From Conexivisphaerales archaeon (lineage in GTDB: Archaea > Thermoproteota > Nitrososphaeria > Conexivisphaerales > UBA164), in assembly GCA_030756715.1 (NCBI GenBank), contig JAVBJD010000005.1:1-50833 (forward strand): DNA of 50,833 nt, given 5' to 3'. A program made the position numbers and the translations under genes. Positions 43,852-50,833 of this stretch are shown piece by piece. Under the pieces are notes generated by a model, which saw nothing but the letters and a program-made list of their open reading frames with translations, was not told where the DNA came from and did no database searches. Position 1 is the first letter of the stretch. Every line of letters starts with the position of its first letter.

Positions 43852-46030
43852 GACTACAGCGGAAGCTCTAAAAGTTATTTCAAATAAAGAACAGATAAGG
43901 AACTTTGGTATTATAGCTCACGTTGACCACGGAAAAACAACGACATCAGATTCTCTGCTTGCTGCTGCCGGGATGCTGAGCCCTACGGTTGCAGGTCAGG
44001 CACTTGCTCTTGATTATATGGAACTTGAACAAAAAAGGCAAATGACAATCAAGGCAGCTAACGTCACGCTATATTATGAATATGAAGGAAGGCCTTACGT
44101 ATTTAACATGATAGATACACCTGGCCATATAGACTTTACAGGAAAAGTTACAAGGTCTTTAAGGGCTCTTGATGGGGCTGTTGTAGTAGTTGATGCTGTA
44201 GAAGGAGTGATGACTCAGACAGAAACAGTTTTAAGACAGGCACTGGATGAAAGGGTAAGACCCGTCCTTTATATAAACAAAATTGACAGATTAATAAAAG
44301 AACTTAGGTTGACTCCTGAAAAGATGCAGGCATGGCTTTCTAATATAATAAGCGACGTAAATAGGCTTATAGATATTTATGCTGAGCCTGAGTTTAAGGA
44401 AAAATTCAAGATAAGCATAACAAATGATAGCGTGGCGTTTGGCAGCTCAAAGGATAGGTGGGGATTTACTCTCAGCATGGCCAAGTCAAAGAACATGGGT
44501 TTTAAGGATGTTTATGAGGGTTACAGCAGCGGTAATATTTCGCCATTAGTTGAGAATTTCCAGCTTCATGAAGCTATACTCTCTATGGTAATAAGGCACA
44601 TACCGCCTCCTAATGTAGCTCAAAGGTACAGAATACCAAAAATATGGAAGGGTGACCCGGCGAGCGAGATATATAAGGCGATGATTGAATGTGACGATAA
44701 CGGTCCTACAGTAATGATGGTAACAAACGTAGTAGTTGACCCTCAAGCTGGACCTGTTGCCGTTGGGAGGCTTTTTAGCGGTACAGTAAGAGATGGAGAC
44801 TTGCTATATCTTATAAACGCAAAAAGGCAGGAAAGGGTTCAAAGCGTAAGCATGTTCATGGGACCCTTTAGAGAGATAGTTGGATATCTGCCTGCAGGCA
44901 ACGTGCCAGCTTTGCTTGGTCTTCAGCATGCGTCTGCAGGAGAAACTCTTTCAAGCGTTAAAGACATAGTACCTTTTGAAAGCATAAAGTACGTTAGTGA
45001 ACCAGTTGTTACTATAGCGGTAGAGCCCAAAAACCCGAGAGATCTTCCAAAACTTATAGAAGCCCTCCAGAACATGCACCTAGAAGATCCTAACCTTGTT
45101 GTGACGATAAACCAAGAAACCGGAGAAACGCTTCTATCTGGAATGGGCGTTCTTCATCTAGAGATAGCTACAACCCTGATTCAGGAACAGGGTATAGAAA
45201 TAATAACAAGTAAACCGCTCATAAACTATAGGGAAGCTATAACTACCAAGGCAGGTCCTGTAATGGCTAAAAGTCCCAACAAGCACAACAAAGTTTACAT
45301 AAGAGTGGAGCCACTTGACGAAGAAACTATTAACCTGATAATAACAGGGCAGATAAACGAAAACATGGACAGAAAGCAGATAGCAAAAGTACTTAGGGAT
45401 CACGGATGGGACGCTGATGAAGCGAAAGGCGTTGTAGCCATAGACGAACGCGGAAACGTGTTTGTTGATGAAACAAAAGGCGTTCAGTTCCTTCAGGAAA
45501 GTATGGACAGCTTAAGGGCTGGATTTGTAGACGCGATGACGAATGGACCGCTAGCTTATGAGTATGTCAGGGGAGCAAAAGTAATATTGCACCACTTCGT
45601 TCCGCATGAAGACCCAGCGCACAGAACGTACGCGCAGCTTATGCCGGCATCAAGAAGGGCTATCTTGGGCGCCATGCTTTTAGCAAAACCCACACTTCTT
45701 GAGCCTATACTTTCTATAGAGGTAAAAGGCGTTGCCGATATACTCGGTCCTGCGATAGGCGTCATTACTAGTAAACGTGGAAAAATAATCAACATGACGC
45801 AAAAAGACGTTTTTGCTGTTGTGCAGGGAGAAATCCCCGCAGCCGAAACTTTTGACCTTGCAGAAGTAATGAGAGGTGCAACAGCAGGTAAAGCCGTATG
45901 GAACACAAGCTTCAAGGGATGGGCACCAGTACCTGCTAACATGCTCGGACAACTCATCGCGTCAATAAGAAAGAGAAAAGGTTTGCCACCTGAAGTGCCA
46001 AAGCCAGAAGAATTCATAGATGAGGAATAA
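43838..46030 (+). CDS. fusA: Translation elongation factor EF-2
   Basis: AHVDHGKTT, DTPGH, NKID, GMGVLHLE, SPNKHN, HEDPAHR. Confidence 0.98.
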   Translation: MPRFKTTAEALKVISNKEQIRNFGIIAHVDHGKTTTSDSLLAAAGMLSPTVAGQALALDYMELEQKRQMTIKAANVTLYYEYEGRPYVFNMIDTPGHIDFTGKVTRSLRALDGAVVVVDAVEGVMTQTETVLRQALDERVRPVLYINKIDRLIKELRLTPEKMQAWLSNIISDVNRLIDIYAEPEFKEKFKISITNDSVAFGSSKDRWGFTLSMAKSKNMGFKDVYEGYSSGNISPLVENFQLHEAILSMVIRHIPPPNVAQRYRIPKIWKGDPASEIYKAMIECDDNGPTVMMVTNVVVDPQAGPVAVGRLFSGTVRDGDLLYLINAKRQERVQSVSMFMGPFREIVGYLPAGNVPALLGLQHASAGETLSSVKDIVPFESIKYVSEPVVTIAVEPKNPRDLPKLIEALQNMHLEDPNLVVTINQETGETLLSGMGVLHLEIATTLIQEQGIEIITSKPLINYREAITTKAGPVMAKSPNKHNKVYIRVEPLDEETINLIITGQINENMDRKQIAKVLRDHGWDADEAKGVVAIDERGNVFVDETKGVQFLQESMDSLRAGFVDAMTNGPLAYEYVRGAKVILHHFVPHEDPAHRTYAQLMPASRRAILGAMLLAKPTLLEPILSIEVKGVADILGPAIGVITSKRGKIINMTQKDVFAVVQGEIPAAETFDLAEVMRGATAGKAVWNTSFKGWAPVPANMLGQLIASIRKRKGLPPEVPKPEEFIDEE

Positions 46031-46032
46031 AG

Positions 46033-46605
46033 TTGAGTTATTATTATGGTACGGGGCCTAGCAGAAGAGAGGCTTTAAACCTTATAATAGGATCTTTTAT
46101 AGTCTGGGTGGTAGGAATAACTTGGATAAGCGCGATATCAACTTCAGGGCTTATAATAAACAGCATCCTTTTCATTCTTGCTTTTATACTTCATGAATAT
46201 GCGCACAAGCTATCTGCAATAAGGAATGGCTTGTACGCGGAATTCAGGATACAGTGGATGTGGGCAATATTAACTTTAATAACCGCAATCCTTCCATTCA
46301 AAATAATAGCCCCTGGGGCAACCGTAATTTATGGAATGGCAGACGAGAAAACTATGGGGAAAATATCAGCGTGGGGACCACTGGTAAACGTAATAATGGC
46401 TCTTATAATTTTACCCTTAGCATTATCTGGATTTTATTTCCTGATAACAGCAGTTTATTTTAACTCATTCATAGCGCTCTTTAATTTGCTTCCAATAGCT
46501 ATACTTGATGGCAGGAAAATTTTTGCTTGGAACAAAAAGATCTGGGGGATACTCTTTTTGGTTTCAGTACTGCTATTTATAATTTCTCTACTTGGCTTTT
46601 ATTGA
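46033..46605 (+). CDS. Site-2 (M50) intramembrane metalloprotease
   Basis: LHEYAH, GPLVN, FNLLP...LDG in hydrophobic context. Confidence 0.9.
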   Translation: MSYYYGTGPSRREALNLIIGSFIVWVVGITWISAISTSGLIINSILFILAFILHEYAHKLSAIRNGLYAEFRIQWMWAILTLITAILPFKIIAPGATVIYGMADEKTMGKISAWGPLVNVIMALIILPLALSGFYFLITAVYFNSFIALFNLLPIAILDGRKIFAWNKKIWGILFLVSVLLFIISLLGFY

Positions 46606-46654
46606 TAATTGAGCAGCAAGCAGTTTAATAAAACCATTTTTTAATATTGTCTGG

Positions 46655-48769
46655 ATGCAGGTAAAGGATCTCAACATACCGACCATAATAAAGGATAGAC
46701 TTATATCAAAAGGTTATGAAGAACTATGGCCCCCTCAGGAAAAAGCCGTAAAGAAAGGGTTGCTTGAAGGCAAAAGTTTGCTTGTAGTGACTCCAACAGC
46801 GAGCGGTAAAACGCTGATAGCTTTGCTTGCTACAGCTAAAACTGTTATAGAAAGTAGGGAAAAGGCAATATACATAACCCCACTTAAGGCATTAGCAAAC
46901 GAAAAGTATGAAGAATTTAAAGATTTTTTTGAAGGGGTGTATCTCGGCAAAGGCAAGCAGCTTAGCGTGGGCATAAGCACTGGCGATGACCTAAATGTAG
47001 ACCCATCTTATTTAAGCAGATACGATGTTATTATTACTACAAACGAAAGATTAGATTCTATTATAAGGCATAAGGTTAAGTGGCTCAAAGAAGTCGGGCT
47101 TTTTGTATTTGACGAAGTCCATCTTTTGGACGATGAGACTAGAGGAGGAACGCTTGAATTTGTACTGACTGAAATAATGTCATGGTTCAGCAACACCCAA
47201 GTTCTGGCTCTTTCTGCAACGGTAAAAAATTATAAGGAAATTGCCTCTTGGCTAAACATGCAGGTCGTTTATGATGACTGGAGACCTGTAAAACTTTTAG
47301 AAGGCGTTGCTTATGATGATAAGCTTGTTTATAAAAGCGGAGAAGTAGACATCATTGAAAGAAAAGGAACCTTATTGCAGGACGTTGTATACAAAGAATT
47401 AAAAGAGGGAGGCCAATGTCTTGTCTTTGCAGAGACTAGGAAAAAGGCGCTTGAACTGGCTAAGACTCTAGCTTACGTAGCAAGAAGATATTCTCAGGTT
47501 CCTATTGAGCAGGTTTACCCAGAAGAGGAAGAAGATACAACTTTAACAAAGACATTAAGGGGGTTGATACCGCTAGGAGTAGCATTTCACCATGCAGGGT
47601 TAACTGCAAGTTACAGACGGTTTGTTGAAAACCTTTTCAGAGAAAACAAAATAAAGGTTATATGTAGTACTCCAACTCTAGCTGCAGGGGTAAACCTGCC
47701 TGCAAGAACAGTTATAATAAACTCCGTTTACAGATTTAATGACGAGGGCAGAGAACCTATTAAAGTTATTGAATACAAACAAATGGCAGGCAGAGCTGGG
47801 AGGCCCAAATATGATAAAATAGGTAAGTGTATAATACTTGCTCAAGATGAATACCAAGTTGACGTTTACCTTGAAAGGTACGCTTCAGGAGAACCAGAAC
47901 CAATAACTTCAAAGCTCTTGCTTAAAGGTCCTTCGTCAATGGTACTTGCTTTGATATCTGTCTTTGGATATGCAGCAGCGGATGAAATAAAGGATTTTTT
48001 CAAAAAAACTCTTTATTTTAAACAGAAAGGCAACCTCGAGTTACAGGTTTCTGAAGCTTTAGAATTTTTACATAATAACGGGTTCGTAATGCATGCTAAG
48101 AACGGGAAGTACAAGACTACGCCTTTAGGTGATATGACAGCGAAGGTTTACATCTCTCCTCATACAGCCCTTTCTTTTATAAAGGTGGCAGAAGAGCTCA
48201 AAAAGTGGAAAGATCCCACTCTGCCTATACTGTGTTTACTTTCTGCTTCAGAAGATATGGAACCAAAGCTTTCTTCGCGTAAGAAAGATGATATCGAGTT
48301 AACTCAGTTTCTTAACGCAAACTTTGAGCTTGAACCTTTTTTTGATGAAGATTGTTCTTCAAGGACTTTTCTTGCCCTTTATGGATGGGTAAATGAGTTT
48401 TCTGAACAAGAGCTCTTGGACAGGTTTGGGGTTGAGCCTGGGGATCTTTACAGAATAATAGAATCAGCTAGATGGATCGTATATTCTTACTCGAAGCTAG
48501 CAAGGATAATTGGAATAAGCAGCGAAGCGTTCAATCTTCCATTTATAAGGATATATAAGGGGGTAAGGGAAGACGTTGCCAGCATAGCAAGCTTGAGTGG
48601 GATAGGCAGAAAGAGGGCCAGAGCCTTGTTCGATGCCGGTTATCATAATCTGTTAGAGCTTTCCCAAGCAAGAGAAGAAGAATTGGCTTCAAAAGTAAAA
48701 AGCATAAGCTCGATTACAGCTAAAAAGATAATAAGGGAAGCGAGGGAAAAACTTGGGCTCCAATCTTAA
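46655..48769 (+). CDS. hel308: Hel308 (Ski2-like) SF2 helicase
   Basis: PTASGKT, PLKALA.EK, DEVH, LSAT, WRPV.L, FHHAGL, TLAAGVNLPA, QMAGRAGRP, RARAL. Confidence 0.95.
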   Translation: MQVKDLNIPTIIKDRLISKGYEELWPPQEKAVKKGLLEGKSLLVVTPTASGKTLIALLATAKTVIESREKAIYITPLKALANEKYEEFKDFFEGVYLGKGKQLSVGISTGDDLNVDPSYLSRYDVIITTNERLDSIIRHKVKWLKEVGLFVFDEVHLLDDETRGGTLEFVLTEIMSWFSNTQVLALSATVKNYKEIASWLNMQVVYDDWRPVKLLEGVAYDDKLVYKSGEVDIIERKGTLLQDVVYKELKEGGQCLVFAETRKKALELAKTLAYVARRYSQVPIEQVYPEEEEDTTLTKTLRGLIPLGVAFHHAGLTASYRRFVENLFRENKIKVICSTPTLAAGVNLPARTVIINSVYRFNDEGREPIKVIEYKQMAGRAGRPKYDKIGKCIILAQDEYQVDVYLERYASGEPEPITSKLLLKGPSSMVLALISVFGYAAADEIKDFFKKTLYFKQKGNLELQVSEALEFLHNNGFVMHAKNGKYKTTPLGDMTAKVYISPHTALSFIKVAEELKKWKDPTLPILCLLSASEDMEPKLSSRKKDDIELTQFLNANFELEPFFDEDCSSRTFLALYGWVNEFSEQELLDRFGVEPGDLYRIIESARWIVYSYSKLARIIGISSEAFNLPFIRIYKGVREDVASIASLSGIGRKRARALFDAGYHNLLELSQAREEELASKVKSISSITAKKIIREAREKLGLQS

Positions 48770-49748
48770 AGTTGAAAAGGTCAGGGGGGGCTATTTTAAA
48801 TTAAAAAGCCTTGAAGAACATGAGATTAATGAAGAAGATATTCTAAAGAAGATAGAGGAAGAAGAATCCCAATTTTTTGTAAAAGCCAGAGGAGATTGCG
48901 AAGAGCTTGTTAGCTTTGACTACACTGGTATATTTAAAGAAAGGAGGTACCTTTACCCTGAAAGCGTTTTTGAAGAAACAGAAATAAAAAATAATTATAG
49001 AATAAAATTATACAGCAGCAAAATTGCTCCATCAAAGCAGGCTTCTTTGGAAGAACTGGCGAAAACGCTCAAAGCATATTCAAATTTAGGTCATAACAAG
49101 AAGATAGCTATAGCATACTCAGGAGGGTTAGACAGTTCTCTGTTAGCATGGATCTTTAGAGAAAGAGAACCTTTATTGATTACGGTTGGTTTTGAAGAAA
49201 GCGAAGACATTAAAGTCTCAAAAGAAAGGGCAAAGTTATTAGGGTTAGAACAAACAGTGCACAAAATCGAAGTTAAAGAACTCAAGGATTCGCTGAGACA
49301 AGTTTACGATCTTGGTTATACCATAATGGATCTAGCCTTAGCGGCTGGCTTTTATCTAGTTGGCAAAATAGCTCGAGAAAATGGCGCAGATATCATTGTT
49401 GTGGGGCAGCTTGCAGACGAGCTGTTTGGGGGTTATAGAAAATATCATAGTATACCAATTGATATGCTCGAAAATGTTCTTTATCAAGATATAAATAAAG
49501 CAATAGCTGGCATGAGAAGAGATAGTAAGGCGATAACAGCCGCAGGCGTTGAGCCAGTTTATCCCTACGCATTTAAGTCATTCTTTAGAATGGCTAGAGC
49601 GCTACCATCTATGTATAAGGTTAATAAGCTTGGTTTGAGAAAGATCGGAGAAATTCTTGGCCTACCTAATGAAATTATAAATGCCAGAAAAAAGGCTTTC
49701 CAATATGGTAGCAGAATTGAAAAAGAAATAAAAAACCTTTTGCATTAA
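48753..49748 (+). CDS. Asparagine synthase-like ATP pyrophosphatase lacking an intact glutaminase domain
   Basis: AYSGGLDSS, GQLADELFGGY, K..LR, KKAFQYGS; short N-terminus with no Ntn Cys. Confidence 0.85.
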   Translation: MGSNLKVEKVRGGYFKLKSLEEHEINEEDILKKIEEEESQFFVKARGDCEELVSFDYTGIFKERRYLYPESVFEETEIKNNYRIKLYSSKIAPSKQASLEELAKTLKAYSNLGHNKKIAIAYSGGLDSSLLAWIFREREPLLITVGFEESEDIKVSKERAKLLGLEQTVHKIEVKELKDSLRQVYDLGYTIMDLALAAGFYLVGKIARENGADIIVVGQLADELFGGYRKYHSIPIDMLENVLYQDINKAIAGMRRDSKAITAAGVEPVYPYAFKSFFRMARALPSMYKVNKLGLRKIGEILGLPNEIINARKKAFQYGSRIEKEIKNLLH

Positions 49749-49803
49749 AATAAGTTAAAAGATAAAAAAAGATTATAAACTTCTAGCTGTATCTAACTTA
49801 AGA

Positions 49804-49879
49804 AGCGGGGTGGGGGAGCCAGGTCTACCCCGCCGGGCTCATAACCCGGAGATCGGTGGTTCAAATCCACCCCCCGCTA
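49804..49879 (+). tRNA. Initiator tRNA-Met (CAT), intronless, CCA not encoded
   Basis: Acceptor AGCGGGG/CCCCGCT (A1:U72), D stem GGGG/CCCC, anticodon arm CCGGG-CTCATAA-CCCGG, T arm GGTGG-TTCAAAT-CCACC; ATTATAAA at 49772-49779. Confidence 0.97.
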
Positions 49880-49891
49880 AAGCTTTCTATA

Positions 49892-50509
49892 CTATTCCGG
49901 CGGAGGCAGCGATATCTGTAACAGTTTAACGTGCTCATCTGTGAGTTTTTCTTCCTTAAACTTTGATAGCTTTGGCGTTTCTTCAATCTTAATTTTGTGA
50001 AAGAGAAAGAGTTTGTTTTGTAGATCAGCTGTAAAAACGCGAATTTCCTTTAAAGATAGCAAATAGTCTTTAAGTTCTTTTTCTGCAAGAATATTGGAAA
50101 GCTGTTTTGTTGCAAGCCATGCTCTGACGTGTATTGCTAAAGCACCATTAAAGCCAGATCTTCTTAGCGCTTCTATAATTTTCTTGGTTGTTTCAGAAAC
50201 ATAAGACATCTTCTGTTCCCCTCCAAGCGAAATATAAACAGCGTCGAAACCGCCTCTAGATATCTTTTCTGACATTTCATTTAACTTATTCTCTTCATAA
50301 GCAAAGACCATACCTGCCTCGTTTTTATAACCGTAAACGCTCATATAACTTGAAAGAAGAGCTGCGCTCATAGCTGAACATATCCTGTCTGGATATGTTA
50401 TTACGGCTATTTTTTTGAAACCGTCAAGAAGGTTTTTACCTACAAGATACCCTGTTAGGGATCTTAGATAAATTTCTTCTTCTAAGGAAGCTCTACTAAT
50501 TGTGCTCAT
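49892..50509 (-). CDS. Hypothetical alpha/beta protein
   Basis: Long ORF; ATG at 50509 lies about 25 nt below an ATTATAAT box (the track gives TTG at 50527); family not recognised. Confidence 0.7.
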   Translation of the reverse strand: MSTISRASLEEEIYLRSLTGYLVGKNLLDGFKKIAVITYPDRICSAMSAALLSSYMSVYGYKNEAGMVFAYEENKLNEMSEKISRGGFDAVYISLGGEQKMSYVSETTKKIIEALRRSGFNGALAIHVRAWLATKQLSNILAEKELKDYLLSLKEIRVFTADLQNKLFLFHKIKIEETPKLSKFKEEKLTDEHVKLLQISLPPPE

Positions 50510-50833
50510 AAAAAACAATACAGTCAACGCATATTATAATTTTTCTATGATTATTTAACTAAATAATAAGTTTTATTTTATAAAACGAAAAAATTCTAGG
50601 AATATTGTTAAAAATAGAAAAGGATCTTTAAATGTGAAATAAAGTTTGTTTAATATTCAATGTATTTATCTGAAGCATATTATGCTCAAAAGTAGCAACC
50701 TCTGCTAACTAATTAATTTTTGCATATGAGAGCTTTAGCTAAGAACAAAATTCAACGCAAAAAGTTTATGCTCTATTAGAAAAGCAACATATAAAATTTG
50801 TTTAATATAACTCTAAAATCAATTAGATACATC

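Noticed and set aside
1911-49285. Numerous 60-190 aa ORFs antisense to or nested in identified genes (e.g. 27194-27772, 42598-43038, 45556-46017, 43473-43781)
   Set aside because: They are shadows of well-supported genes, with no recognisable motifs and biased composition
49804-50833. Integrated element at tRNA-Met
   Set aside because: No duplicated tRNA end, integrase or viral genes within the window

Overview
Gene-dense, AT-rich archaeal core-genome window, inferred to be TACK/Nitrososphaerota-related from Elf1, a short XPF, eL18/eS6/eL21, a stand-alone 5S rRNA and a Dph5-DUF357 fusion. It contains a chromosomal replication origin (four ORB elements at 24635-24961, directly upstream of cdc6/orc1), gins-mcm, sufBDSU, the S13-S4-S11-rpoD-L18e-L13-S9 cluster, four ether/tetraether lipid genes (GGPP synthase, GGGP synthase, GGR, Tes), kdpAB without kdpC, a xanthine-dehydrogenase-family operon with mocA, gdhA, EF-2, Hel308, 5S rRNA and initiator tRNA-Met. 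I saw no CRISPR array, transposase or integrase. Most notable: (1) about 5.5 kb from oriC, a gene for a membrane-anchored winged-helix protein lies in a dense cluster of TGTGAT/ATCACA boxes, including two ATCACA-N8-TGTGAT palindromes inside its own coding sequence, divergent from a small Tfx-like gene with a perfect palindrome at its promoter; this is a candidate origin-proximal chromosome-membrane tethering or regulatory system; (2) an origin-flanking wHTH gene with twin TTGTTAACAA palindromes; (3) an apparent inversion of the oriC block that splits L21e-rpoF-DUF655; (4) a 47-aa Zn-ribbon gene missed by the ORF track; (5) a YgeW-like carbamoyltransferase; (6) an HRG->HRT change in the EF-2 diphthamide loop together with a divergent Dph5. 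All family calls come from recognising motifs by eye, not from database searches.
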